Positions 1 to 12,266 of a stretch of DNA of 64,000 nucleotides are shown one piece after another. Numbering within the stretch: position 1 is the stretch's first letter; the number at the start of each line of letters is the position of its first letter. Location of the stretch: the NCBI RefSeq assembly GCF_044704955.1, contig NC_091995.1, forward strand, positions 34,472,001 to 34,536,000, given 5' to 3'. This DNA comes from Pristiophorus japonicus (taxonomy: Eukaryota). Below the pieces are notes generated by a model. It made no database searches. It was not told the origin of the DNA and saw only the letters and a list, made by a program, of their open reading frames with translations. Position numbers and translations under genes: made by a program.

Positions 1-745
1 AGCCAATTTGCGCACAGCAAGCTCCCACAAACAGCAATGTGATCATGACCAGATAATCTGTTTTTGAGTGACGTTGATTGAGGGATAAATATTGGCACCA
101 GGACACCGGGGATAACTCCCCTTTTCTCTTCTTAGAAACAGTGTCACGGGATCTTTTACGTGAGAGAGCAGACAGGGCCTCGGATTCTACTAACGTCTCC
201 GATTCTACTCTTACTGTTGAAGTGAATAGCGGACCGGGTGAAACACTGGCATACCACCCCATCCCATGGGATTACCCCCCCCGCCCCCGACCCCCGGGAG
301 CATCGACTGCTATTCGACTGTGGGGAACTTCACAGCCAAGTCGTAGTCGTATCCCGCCCTTACGCACACGCTAAGCGGGGCGGGACTCGGGGCGGCGATG
401 AGATCCCTGTCCTTCTCCCTCAGCCCGCCCAGCTCCAAGGAGCCAATCGCGGCTTCTGCGCAGGCAGGGAACGGCACCACGGACCAGCTGGCCTGCACGG
501 TCGGTGCCTTCACCCGCTGGCTGTAATTATCGCCCGGTCCATCTGCCCTAAAAATGACAACCCAGGTGGCTGATGTGAGCGAGGAGCTGGGACCCCTGCA
601 GCTTTAAAATGTTTCACCCCCACCATCGCTTGAATACCAAAGAGGGGGATATGACTGAATGTGTCGGAATCAGTCGGAACCGGCACGCACACGACGGGCC
701 GAACAGCCTCCTTCTGTGTCGTAATTTTTCTACGATTCTATGATA

Positions 746-1228
746 TTATAAAAAGGATATTGAGGCACTGGAGAGGGTGCAGAGAAGATTTACAAGGATG
801 ATACCAGAAATGCGAGGGGTAGACGTATCAGGAAAAGATGAACAGGCTGGGTCTGTTTTCTCTTGAAAAAAGACTGAGGGGTGACATAATAGAGGTCTTT
901 AAAATGATGAAAGGTTTTGATAGAGTGGAGACAGAGAGAATGTTTCCACTTGTGGGGAGGAGTATAGCTAGAGGCCATCAATAAATCCAATCGGCAATTC
1001 AGAAGAAACGTCTTTCCCAGAGAGTGGTGAGAATGTGGAACTCGCTGCCACAGGGAGTGGTTGAAGCGAATAGTATCGATGTATTTAAGGGGAGGCTAGA
1101 CGAGTATATGAGGGAGAAGGGAATAGAGGGTTATGCTGATAGATTTAGATGAGGCTCGAGTGGAACATAAACACTGGCATGGACAGGTTGGGTCGAATGG
1201 CCTGTTTCTGTGTCGTATATCGTACGTA
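746..1228 (+). mobile_element. CR1 LINE 3' fragment
   Basis: CR1 ORF2 C-terminus (LERVQRRFTRMIP, RVVRMWNSLP); a closely similar minus-strand copy lies at about 3900-4395. Confidence 0.85.
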
Positions 1229-1385
1229 AACGCAATTAGAGGAATGAACAGGAAAATCGGGCCGGGGTGTAAAACCAGCGTCGTTCCCGATCCCGTCAAG
1301 TGTCAATCCGAGTGTTCCAGCCCCAGTTGCCCCCTCCCCCTCCCCCTCCGGTGTCCCGGCCTTTATCGCTCTCTCTCCCGAGACG

Positions 1386-1525
1386 TTAGGACGCGGAGAT
1401 GCTGGCGCTGTGGGGAGGAACAGTCATCGGAGGCAGGAACATAGACTTGAGCTTGCCCGACATGGCCGCTATCTCGGGGTCCTGTCCCTCGTAGGCCTTG
1501 ATGATGCGAGCGAACTTCAGCACGC
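1386..1525 (-). CDS. C12orf57: C12orf57/GRCC10 (protein C10) coding exon 3 with stop
   Basis: Translates (G)VLKFARIIKAYEGQDPEIAAMSGKLKSMFLPPMTVPPHSASISAS*, matching the C10 C-terminus. Acceptor tttttaaAG at 1527-1526; TAA at 1388-1386. Confidence 0.95.
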
Positions 1526-1664
1526 CTTTAAAAAGACAAAAGGAACAACCACACTCAGTTAACGTCCCGCGATCGACAGCCTGGAGCGTGACCATCCGTC
1601 ACAGCAATGTAGCCACCTCTGCCCAGCTCTTTCCCAGGGGATCAAAGGGTTAAATACTCCCAAC

Positions 1665-2233
1665 GCACGTCTGGCTGGCCTCCCACGTTCTACCCTACGT
1701 AAACTACAGGCGATCCAAAACTCAGCAGCCCATGTCCTAACTCGCACCAAGACCCGCTCACCCATCACCCCTGTGCTCGCTGGCCGACATTGGCTCCCGG
1801 TTCAAGAACGCCTCAATTTCAAAATTCTCATCCTTGTTAACAAATCCCCCCCCCACGGCCTCGCCCCCTCCCTGTCTCTGTAATCTCCTCCTGACCCACA
1901 AACACACCCACCCCTCCCACCACCCCCCTGATATCCGACCTCCTCTAATTCTGCCCTCTTGAGCCTTCCTGATTATAATCGCTCAACCATCGGTGGCCGT
2001 GCCTTCTGTTGCCTGAGCCCCAAGCTCTGGAACTCCCTCCCTAAACCTCTCCATCTCTCTTTCTTCCTTCAAGGCGCTCCTTAAAACATACCTCTTTGAC
2101 CAAGCTTTTGGTCACCTGCGCTAATTTCTGCTTATGTGGCTCGGAGTCAAATTTCTTTTCTTACAACACGGCTGTGAAGTGCATTGGGACATTTTGCGAC
2201 GTTAAAGGTGCTATATAAATACAAGTTGTTGTT
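1665..2233 (+). mobile_element. L2-clade LINE 3' fragment
   Basis: IQNSAAHVLTRTKTRSPITPVLA..HWLP and GPKLWNSLP-type peptides; GCTATATAAATACAAGTTGTTG tail. Other copies at about 5585-6060(-), 27420-27950(+), 34230-34750(-), 36790-37550(-), 39255-39800(+), 59090-59602(+). Confidence 0.8.
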
Positions 2234-3084
2234 AAATCTCGGGAACAGGTTGTACGAACTGTTTGCCGTCCCTTGAGTTTAGAAGAATGAGGGGCGACCC
2301 AATTGCGGTAAAGGGTCGATTGAGAGAAACTATTTTTCCTCTGGTGGGAGGGGGGGCTACAGAGCAAGGGGGCATCACCTTCAAATTAAAGCTAGGCCGT
2401 CCAGGGGTGATGTCAGGAAGCACTTCTGGGTAGTGGAGATCTGGAACTCTCTCCCCCACCAAAAAAAGGCTGTGGTTGCTGCGGGGGAGGGGGGGGGGGG
2501 GAACACAATTGAAATTTACAATACAGATTTTTGTTGGCCGACGGTATCAAGGGATAGCGAGCAAAGATGAGTTAATGGAGTTGAGGGCAGATTACTCGTG
2601 ATCTCACTGAATGGCGGAGCAGGCACAAGGGGCTGAATGGCCTCCTGTTCCTGTGTTTCGGGAAGGGGGGAGACTGAGAGAACGAGGATTGGCCTTACAG
2701 GTATGCTGCAAAAGAGAATGGTTGGTCCAGGAGAGGCTGCAAAGCATGCAATTTATAGAATCTTACAGCACAGGAGGCCGCCATTCAGACTGTGCCGGCT
2801 CTTTAAAAGAGCAATGATTCTCACTCTCCCCATAACCCTGTAGCTTTGCTCCCCTTTAAGTATTTATCCAATTTCCTTTCAAAAGTTGCTATTTAATCTG
2901 CTATTTTCCACCACCCTTTCAGGCAACGCGTTACAGATCACACCTCGATGTGTTAAAAATAAAGTTCCCATCTCCTCCCTCAATCAATCGCAATCTTTGG
3001 TTCTTCAGACACACATTACGAACCAGATTTATTACTTTTGGAGGGGTGGTTTAAGGCTTGTATCGAAGTTTGGATACAAAGACC

Positions 3085-4395
3085 TAGAAGAACATAACAT
3101 AAGAAATAGGGGCAGGTGTAGGTCATACGGCCCTTCGAGCCTGCTCCGCCATTCAATAAGATCATGGGCTGATCTGATCTTGGCCTCAACTCCACTTCAC
3201 TGCCCGCTCCCCATAACCCTCGACTCCCTTATCGTTCAAAATGGACACCAATCCCGACGAATCCCCAACAGAAAGAATGACTTGAGGCTTGAGTGGAAAG
3301 GACCGGGGATAAAGACTGAAGCTGTGAACTGGAAAGCTGGGGCAACAAAACAGCAGTGGTCAGTGGTGCAGTCGGAACTGGGTAACACAGCACCACAGGG
3401 ATTATCCTCCGCATCTCGGATCACAGGAGGAGGCCTTTCAGCCCTGAGTCTGTGCTGCCATTCAATTAGATCATGGCTGATCTGTACCTCCACTCCCTCC
3501 ACCCGCCTTGGCTCCATATCCCTTAATACCCTTAACTAACAAAAGTGTATCAATCTCACTTTTGACATTTTAAATTGACCCTCTTAGCCCCAGCCTCAAC
3601 AGCTTTTTTGGGAGGGAGTTCCAGATACCCACGACCCTTTGTGTGAAGAAGTGCTTCCTGACGTCACCCCTGAACGGCCTGGCTCTAATTTTAAGGTTAC
3701 TTCCCCCTTGTTCTGGCCTCCCCCCACCAGAGGAAACAGTTTCTCCCTATCTATCCTATCAATTCTTTTAAACATGTTAAACATCTCAATTAGATCACCC
3801 TTTAACCTTCTATACTCAAGGGAATACAAGCCTAGGCTATGCAGCCTGCCCTCACAATTTAACCCTTTTATCATTCTGGTACCTAAATGCATAACATCTA
3901 GGATTACATGGGATGTACGATATAGAAACAGGCCATTTGGCCCAACCAGTCCATGCCGGCGTTTATGTTCCACTCGAGCCTCATATACTTGTCTTTTCTC
4001 ATCTAAATCTATCAGCATAACCCCCTATTCCCTTCTCCCTTATATACTTGTCCAGCCTCCCCCTTAAATACATCGATACTATTCGCTTCAACCACTACCT
4101 GTGGCAGCGAGTTCCACATTCTCACCACTCTCTGGGTAAAGAAGTTTCTTCTGAATTCCCAATTGGATTTCTTGGTGACTATCTTATATCGATGGCCTCT
4201 AGCTATGCTCTTCCCCACAAGTGGAAACATTCTCTCTGTCTCCACTCTATCAAAACCTTTCATCATTTTAAAGACCTCTATTAGGTCACCTCTCAGCCTT
4301 CTTTTTTCAATAGAAAAGAGACCCAGCCTGTTCATCCTTTCCTGATGTGTCTACCCCTCGCATTTCTGGTATCATCCTTGTAAGTCTTCTCTGCA
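3085..4395 (-). mobile_element. Cluster of CR1 3' fragments
   Basis: Peptides [20 protein letters not shown] and FFTQRVVRMWNSLP; CR1 3' UTR hairpin and tails. Confidence 0.8.
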
Positions 4396-6036
4396 GTCAA
4401 ATCTAGGCTTGCAGTCAATACCAAGCTGTACAGGAAAGCAGCATATTTGGAATAAAAATTCAGGGAGAAGTAGAGTGGCTCCGAAAGTGAGCAGGTTGAT
4501 TTATATTGAGGAGTGAGCTTCCGTGGTGATCCAATTGGCTGAGCCAGCACTCAGTGACACATACCAGGAGCTCCAGGCGAAATCACGGGTCTGCATGGTG
4601 TAATCTTGCAGCCGGGGCTCAATATGCAGCGTTCTCGTCTGAGTCAGAAGGCCGTGGGATCCAGTAACACTCCAGCACAAAATCTAGGCTGACACTCCAA
4701 TGCAGTGCTGAGGGAGCGCTACACTGTCGGAGGTGCCGTCCTTTGGATGAGACGTTAAACCGAGGGCCCCAGCTGTGCTCTCAGGTGGATGCGAGAGATT
4801 CTGTGGCATGATTTTTTTTTTAAAAAAAGAGCAGGGGGAGTTATCCCCGGTGTCCTGACCAATATTTATCCCTCAACCACCATCAACTAACTATCTGGCC
4901 ATTCGATGACTGAGAGGTAGATGCTGAGAGGATGTCTACCCTGGCCGGAGAGTCTAGAACTAGGGGAGTCACAGATTCAGGATAAGGGGTTGGCAATTTA
5001 GGACAGAGATGAGAAGAAATGTCTTCATTCAGAGGGCAGTGAATCGTTGGAACACTCTAATCCAGAAGGCTGTGGAGGCTCAGTCATTGAGTATATTCAA
5101 ACCTCAGATAGATAGATTTTTGGGCACTAAGGGATATGGGGATAGTGCAGGAAAGTGGAGTTGAGGTAGAAGATCAGCCATGATCTTATTGAATGGCGGA
5201 GCAGGCTCGAGGGCCAAATGTTTTCTACATTGCAACAGTGAATACACTTTAAAAAAAAAAAAGTACTTCAGTGGCAGTAAAACGCTTTAAGACATCCTGT
5301 GTAAATGCAAGTTCTTTCAGGAGAGTGCAATTTTCCTGCACTGAGGGGTTAGTGGACAAAATCCCTACAGCTGATCGGTACGTAGAGGCCCTGGCTGCAG
5401 AGTGAGTGCACACACACGGGTATTGATACATGCCTCGAGGGTCCGATGAAGACCACACTGGGCTTGGGCTGTGAGCCCCTCCTGGTTGAACAGCTTGCTG
5501 ATCTCACTAGAACTTGGGCTCGGCAGTTGGGGAGTCCGCACTTTCAGCGGAAGGCAGAAACATGATGGCAGGAGGGTACAGCAGCGACAACGTGCATTTA
5601 TATAGCGCCTTTAATGTAGTGAAACCCCCCGCCCCAAGGTGCTTCATCGGAGCGATTATCGAACTACATTTGACACCGAGCCACACAAGGAGATTATAGG
5701 GACAGGTGAGCAAAAGCTTGGTCATAGAGGTAGGTTTTAATGAGCGTCTTGAAGGAGGAAAGTGAGGTAGAGAGGCAGAGAGGTTTAGGCAGAGAGTTCC
5801 AGAGCTTGGGGCCCAGGCAACAGAAGGCACGGCCACCAATGGTTGAGCGATTACAATCAGGGATGCTCAAGAGGGGCAGAATTAGAGGACTGTAGACATC
5901 TCGGAGGTTTGTACAGCTGGAGGAGATTACAGAGATCGGGAGGGGCAAGGCCATGGGGGGGATTTGAAAACAAGGATGAGAATTTTTAAATTGAGGCCTT
6001 GACTGACTGGGGAACCGATGTAGGTCAGCGAGCACA

Positions 6037-7724
6037 GGGGTGATGGGTGAGTGGGACTTGGTGTGAGTTAGGGGGTGATGGGTGAGTGGGACTTGGTGTG
6101 AGTTAGGGAGTGATGGGTGAGTGGGACTTGGTGTGAGTTAGGGGGTGATGGGTGAGTGGGACTTGGTGTGAGTTAGGGAGTGATGGGTGAGTGGGACTTG
6201 GTGTGAGTTAGGGGGTGATGGGTGAGTGGGACTTGATGTGAGTTAGGGGGTGATGGGTAAGCGGGACTTGGTGTGAGTTAGGGGGTGATGGGTAAGCGGG
6301 ACTTGGTGTGAGTTAGGGGGGTGGTGGGTGAGTGGGACTTGGTGTGAGTTAGGGGGTGATGGGTGAGTGGGACTTGGTGTGAGTTAGGGGGGTGGTGGGT
6401 GAGCGGGACTTGGTGTGAGTTAGGGGGGTGGTGGGTGAGCGGGACTCGGTGTGAGTTAGGGGGTGATGGGTGAGTGGGACTTGGTGTGAGTTAGGGGGGT
6501 GGTGGGTGAGCGGGACTCGGTGTGAGTTAGGGGGTGATGGGTGAGGGGGACTTGGTGTGAGTTCGGAGGTGATGGGTGAGTGGGACTCAGTGTGAGTTAG
6601 GAGGTGGTGGGTGAGCGGGACTTGGTGTGAGTTAGGGGGTGATGGGTGAGTGGGACTTGGTGTGAGTTAGGGAGTGATGGGTGAGCGGGACTTGGTGAGA
6701 GTTAGGGGGTGATGGGTGAGCGGGACTTGGTGTGAGTTAGGGGGTGATGGGTGAGTGGGACTCAGTGTGAGTTAGGAGGTGGTGGGTGAGCGGGACTTGG
6801 TGTGAGTTAGGGGGTGATGGGTGAGTGGGACTTGGTGTGAGTTAGGGGGGTGGTGGGTGAGCGGGACTCGGTGTGAGTTAGGGGGTGATGGGTGAGGGGG
6901 ACTTGGTGTGAGTTCGGAGGTGATGGGTGAGTGGGACTCTGTGTGAGTTAGGAGGTGGTGGGTGAGCGGGACTTGGTGTGAGTTAGGGGGTGATGGGTGA
7001 GTGGGACTTGGTGTGAGTTAGGGAGTGATGGGTGAGCGGGACTTGGTGAGAGTTAGGGGGTGATGGGTGAGCGGGACTTGGTGTGAGTTAGGGGGTGATG
7101 GGTGAGGGCGACTTGGTGTGAGTTAGGAGGTGATGGGTGAGTGGGACTCGGTGTGAGCACAGGGGGTGATGGGTGAGTGGGACTCGGTGAGAGTTAGGGG
7201 GTGATGGGTGAGCGGGACTTGGTGAGAGTTAGGGGGTGATGGGTGAGTGGGACTTGGTGTGAGTTAGGGGGTGATGGGTGAGGGCGACTTGGTGTGAGTT
7301 AGGAGGTGATGGGTGAGTGGGACTCGGTGTGAGCACAGGGGGTGATGGGTGAGTGGGACTCGGTGAGAGTTAGGGAGTGATGGGTGAGCGGGACTTGGTG
7401 AGAGTTAGGGGGTGATGGGTGAGCGGGACTTGGTGTGAGTTAGGGGGTGATGGGTGAGGGCGACTTGGTGTGAGTTAGGGGGTGATGGGTGAGTGGGACT
7501 TGGTGTGAGTTAGGGAGTGATGGGTGAGCGGGACTTGGTGAGAGTTAGGGGGTGATGGGTGAGCGGGACTTGGTGTGAGTTAGGGGGTGATGGGTGAGGG
7601 CGACTTGGTGTGAGTTAGGAGGTGATGGGTGAGTGGGACTCGGTGTGAGCACAGGGGGTGATGGGTGAGTGGGACTCGGTGTGAGTTAGGAGGTGGTGGG
7701 TGAGCGGGACTTGGTGCGAGTTAG
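6037..7724. repeat. 35-36 bp minisatellite, about 48 copies (C12orf57 intron 2)
   Basis: Unit GGGGGTGATGGGTGAGTGGGACTTGGTGTGAGTTA, continuous with the adjacent L2 fragment. Confidence 0.97.
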
Positions 7725-8084
7725 TGACTGTTAAAAGGAATCAATATGGCAAATTTTTGCCAGGAAAAGGAGTGCAGGAGAATGGGATTGGAAGCTAAAG
7801 AAACCGCAAGCTATTTATTTAAGCTCAGAGCGGTTGGTTTATGGAAGTAATTGTCAGTGTGCAATGAAGAGCCATTCAATTGAAGCACTGAGGATGATCA
7901 GATTCCAGATCCCACAGGCTCTGGAGGGAGGAGCTTGGGGCACGGATGAGAAACCCATGGATAATGGTCTAGCCGATTGCTGTCTCTGAACTTGGGTGAC
8001 GGGGCTCCCCGATGACTGAAAATGAATTTCCCCTGCATCTACATTATGCTCTCCTACATCCCACTGAAATTACTCGCTCAAAAG

Positions 8085-8510
8085 ATTCGCTAGGCTGGAG
8101 TTGTTTTCTTTGGAACAGAGGAGGCTGAGGGGAGACCTTATTGAGGTGTATACAATTATGAGGGGCCTGAATAGAGTGGATACAAAGGGCCTGTTGCCCT
8201 TAGCAGAGGGGTCAACAACCAGAGGGGCATAGATTTAAAGTAATTGGGGGGAGGTTTAGAGGGGATTTGAGGGGAAATGTTTTCACCCAGAGGGTGGTGG
8301 GGGTCTGGAACTCACGGCCTGAAAGGGTGGTAGAGGCAGAAACCCTCACCCCATTTAAAAAGTACTTGGATGTGCACCTGAAGTGCCGTAACCTGCAGGG
8401 CTACGGACCAAGAACTGGAAAGTGGGATTAGGCTGGATAGCTCTTTGTCGGCCGGCGCAGACACGATGGACCAAAACGGCCTCCTTCCGTGCTGTAAATT
8501 TCTATGATTC
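8085..8510 (+). mobile_element. CR1 3' fragment
   Basis: [11 protein letters not shown]-like peptide and TTCTATGATTCTAT tail; an opposite-orientation relative lies at 10040-10760. Confidence 0.8.
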
Positions 8511-8683
8511 TATCACATGGGCTTATGGTCTGCAACCACCTCTAAGGCTGAAACAGATGAGGGAGACTCCGAGGTGGGAGCTCCATTCTAAGGAGCTTCA
8601 ATGTGAGGGACCCCGGGGGCAGGAGCGGGCTGCGGGGCGGGGGGGGGGGGTTCCAGCACTAATTCCACTGTCTGCACACTTGC

Positions 8684-8860
8684 CTTCTCCGTCATTGGTG
8701 AATCCGTATGATTTGATGACATCTTGCTGGATCTGGGTTGCCACGGGTAGCACGAACTGCAGCATCTTGCCCATGTCGTTGCAGGCGTTGTCACGGGCCT
8801 CCTCCATCCTCATGGCATTCTCGGGGGAACTGAAGGCCTTGATCACTTCCACTAGAACCA
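8684..8860 (-). CDS. C12orf57: C12orf57/GRCC10 coding exon 2 (177 nt)
   Basis: VVLVEVIKAFSSPENAMRMEEARDNACNDMGKMLQFVLPVATQIQQDVIKSYGFTNDGE(G). Acceptor ctgtgcccAG; donor AAG/GCAAGT (GC-type). Phases join correctly to exons 1 and 3. Confidence 0.95.
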
Positions 8861-8877
8861 CTGGGCACAGCAGAGAA

Positions 8878-9260
8878 AAACTTGCAGTTATGCAGCGCCT
8901 TTCACGAACACCAAGACGTCCCGAAGCACTTTACAGCCAATGAAGTACTTTTGGAGTGTAGTCACTGTTGTAATGTGGGAAATCCAGCAGCCAATTTGCG
9001 CACAGCAAGCTCCCACAAACAGCCATGTGTTAATGACCCAGATAATCTGTTTTTTTGTGATGTTGATTGAGGGATAAATATTGGCCCCAGGACACCGGGG
9101 ATAACTCCCCCTGCTCTTCTTCAAAATAGTGTAATAATTATCTTTTACGTCCACCCGAGAGAGCAGATGAGGCCTCGGTTTAAGATCTCATCCGAAAGGC
9201 GGCACCTCAGACAGTGCAGCACTCCCTCAGCACTGCACTGGAGTGTCAGCCTAGATTTTT
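8878..9260 (-). mobile_element. tRNA-headed Deu-domain SINE (SacSINE1/AmnSINE1-like)
   Basis: Deu-like core GGTGCCGTCTTTCGGATGAGACGTTAAACCGAGG with an L2-type tail. About 20 copies in the window, e.g. 1-190, 4610-4900, 15430-15870, 16080-16505, 21090-21490, 30550-30775, 36348-36780, 41245-41630, 51705-52110, 53080-53320, 57038-57480, 57800-58260. Confidence 0.75.
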
Positions 9261-9644
9261 AGGAACATTCAGCCCCTCGAGCCAGTTCCGCCATTCAGTG
9301 AGATCACGGCTGATCTGCGACCCAACTCCAGATACCCGTCTTTGGCCCATATCACCTTTGGTTAACAGAAAGCTATTGATCTCCGATTTGAAATGAACAA
9401 ATGATCCAGCATCAAGTAGCATTTGCGGTAAGGATTTCCGAACTTCTACCACCCTTTGTGTGTAGAAATGTTTCCTAATTTCACTCCTGAAAGGCCTGGC
9501 TCCAGTTTTTAGACTATGCCCCCTCGTCCTAGAATTACTAACCAGCGGAAATAATTTCTGTCTATCTACCCTTTCTGTTCCCCTTAATAGCCTGAAAACT
9601 TCAACCAGATCTCCCCTTAACCTTCTAAATGTTTAAATGTTTGT

Positions 9645-10037
9645 ATTTATTCATTCACAGGTTGCGGGTGTCGCTGGCAAGGCCGGCATTTATTGCCCAT
9701 CCCTAATTGCCCTTGGGTAGGTGGTGGTGAGCCGCCTTCTATAATGGAGTGGTTTGCTGGGCCATTTCCAGAGGGCAGTTAAGAGTCAGCCACAATTCTG
9801 AGGACCTGGAGTAAAATGTAGGCCAGACCGGGTAAGGACGGCAGATTTTCTTCCCTAAAGGTCATTAGTGAACCAGTTGGTCCCCACTGCTGATACTAAC
9901 TTTTGATTCCAGATTTATTTAACTGAATTTTCATTCCCCAGCTGCCATGGTGGAACTTTAACTCATGTCTCTGGATTATTAGTCCAGGTTTCTGGATTAC
10001 TAGTCCAGTAACATAACCACTATGCTACCGTACTCCA
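9645..10037 (-). mobile_element. LF-SINE-like element
   Basis: tRNA-derived head GGTAGCATAGTGGTTATGTTACTGGACTAGTAATCCAG, body TTTAGGGAAGAAAATCTGCCGTCCTTACCCGGTCTGGCC, tail GGGATGGGCAATAAATGCCGGCC. Other copies at 38805-39090(+) and 22755-22840(-). Family name is from recall of the LF-SINE consensus. Confidence 0.7.
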
Positions 10038-11471
10038 AACTCATAGAATCATAGAAATTTACAGCACGGAAGGAGGCCATTTCGGCCCATCGTGTCCGTG
10101 TCGGCCGACAAAGAGCCAGCCAGCCTAATCCCACTTTCCAGCTCTAGGCCTGCAGGTTACGGCACTTCAGGTGCACATCCAGGTACTTGTTAAATGTGGT
10201 GAGGGTTTCTGCCTCTACCACCCTTTCAGACGGTGAGTTCCAGACCCCCACCTCCCTCTGAGCGACAAAAATTCCGCTGAAATAACCTCTAAACCTCCCC
10301 CCAAATACTTTAAATCTATGCCCCCTGATTACTGACCTCTCTGCTAAGGAAAATAGGTCCTTCCTAACACTCTATCTTGACCTCAATAAGGTCTCCCCTC
10401 AGCCTCCTCTGTTCCAAGGAAAACAACCCCAGCCTATCCAATCTGTCCTCATAGCTAAAATTCTTCAGTCCTGACAACATCCTCGTAAAGTCCTCTGCAC
10501 TCTCTCCAGTGCAATCACATCTTTCCTGTAATGCGGTGACCAGAACTACACGCAGTACTCTAGCTGTGGCCTAACCAGTGTTTTATAGAGCTCAAGCATA
10601 ACCCCCTGCTCTTGTATTCTATGCCTCGACTAATAAAGGCAAGCATTCACGCATGCTTTCTTAAGCACCTTATCTACCTGGCCTGCTAGCTTCAGGGATC
10701 TGTGGACATACACTCCCAGGTCCCTTTGTTCCTCTACACTTCTCAGTGTCCTACCAGTTAATTCTTTGGATATACTTGCATTGGAGGCAGTTCAAAGAAT
10801 GCTGACGAGATTGATTCCTGAGATGAAGGGGTTGTCTTATGAAGAAGAGTTGCGTCTATACTCAATGTGAGGTGATCTTATTGAAACATAAGATTCTGAG
10901 GGGTTCTATGATGATTCTATGATGACATATCCCTCCTTAAATCGAACAAAGCTGTACGCTGTGCTTCAGGTGACTAAAGGTTTGCAGGGGCTCTCAGTTC
11001 GGAGAAGAAAGTCTTTCAACCTCCCCTGTTGGCTGAACCAGAGGGGTGGGGTGGGGTCAATGCCAGGTCACAGGGGGTGCAGCCGCGACCTGCGCGAGAC
11101 CCTAAGCGGCCATATAAGGAGCGTCGCGAGCCGGTCCGGGAGAGCGACGGCTGTGAAGGGGGCGACTGGATTGGACGTCACCAGAACCCAGGTCGGCGAT
11201 TGGAGCATGGACAGGTACAGCAGGAGCGGCGGGGTCGGGTCGGGGAGGGCCCAGGGGCAGCACGGGCCAGCCCACACTGCGATGTGTGCGCGCTCTGTCC
11301 GTGCAGCAGAGCAGGTCTCCAGTCATCCTGGTTAACCCTGGCCACTGGACCAAGACCTAGCTCTGTCAGGCCCGTGTGGTGGCTGGTGTGCAACGGCCAC
11401 CCCACGTTAAACAAATCCACGCACAGGCACCAGCTGCAGATGCTGCAATGTGAGGGGCATCTTATTGCACA

Positions 11472-12090
11472 GTGCAGCCTCTCAGGGCTCAGCCCTCCCC
11501 CGGCCCCCGTGCAGCCTCTCAGGGCTCAGCCCTCACTGCAGCCGCTCAGGCCCCCCTGCAGCCTCTCAGGGCTCCGCCCTCCCCCCCCCTGCAGCCTCTC
11601 AGGGCTCCTCTCAGCCCTCCCCCCCCCCCCTGCAGCCTCTCAGGGCTCAGCCCCCCCGCCCCTGCAGCCTCTCAGGGCTCCGCTCCGCCCTCCCCCCCCC
11701 TGCAGCCTCTCAGGGCTCCGCTCCGCCCTCCCCCCCCCTGCAGCCTCTCAGGGCTCCGCTCCGCCCTCCCCCCCCCTGCAGCCTCTCAGGGCTCCGCTCC
11801 GCCCTCCCCCCCCCTGCAGCCTCTCAGGGCTCCGCTCCGCCCTCCCCCCCCCTGCAGCCTCTCAGGGCTCCGCTCCGCCCTCCCCCCCCCTGCAGCCTCT
11901 CAGGGCTCCGCTCCGCCCTCCCCCCCCCTGCAGCCTCTCAGGGCTCCGCTCCGCCCTCCCCCCCCCTGCAGCCTCTCAGGGCTCCGCTCCGCCCTCCCCC
12001 CCCCCCCCCCCCCTGCAGCCTCTCAGGGCTCAGCCCCCCCCCCTGCAGCCTCTCAGGGCTCAGCCCTCCCCCTGCAGCCTCTCAGGACTC
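11472..12090. repeat. 38 bp C-rich minisatellite, about 16 copies (C12orf57 intron 1)
   Basis: Unit CTGCAGCCTCTCAGGGCTCCGCTCCGCCCTCCCCCCCC with an exact 38-bp period from 11700 to 11966. Confidence 0.95.
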
Positions 12091-12132
12091 AGGTCCCTGC
12101 ACACTGGCCCGCTCCTCCCCACACACACTAAC

Positions 12133-12193
12133 CTTTGGCCTGCTCCAGGCTCAGGCCCTGCTGCTGTTGCTGAGCCGCCGCCGCCGCCGCCAT
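12133..12193 (-). CDS. C12orf57: C12orf57/GRCC10 coding exon 1
   Basis: ATG at 12193, MAAAAAAQQQQQGLSLEQAK(V), donor AAG/GTTAGT, in CpG-rich sequence. Total CDS 61+177+140=378 nt = 125 aa plus stop. Confidence 0.92.
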
Positions 12194-12266
12194 GTCAACC
12201 TCCCCGACAGCTCCGCCCGGACACGGCACCGAGGCCGCGGAACACCGAGCATGCGTAACCTGGCTC

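Noticed and set aside
6037-7724. Interstitial telomere or chromosome-fusion scar
   Set aside because: TTAGGG occurs singly per 35-bp unit and is explained by the L2-derived junction; there is no (TTAGGG)n tract.
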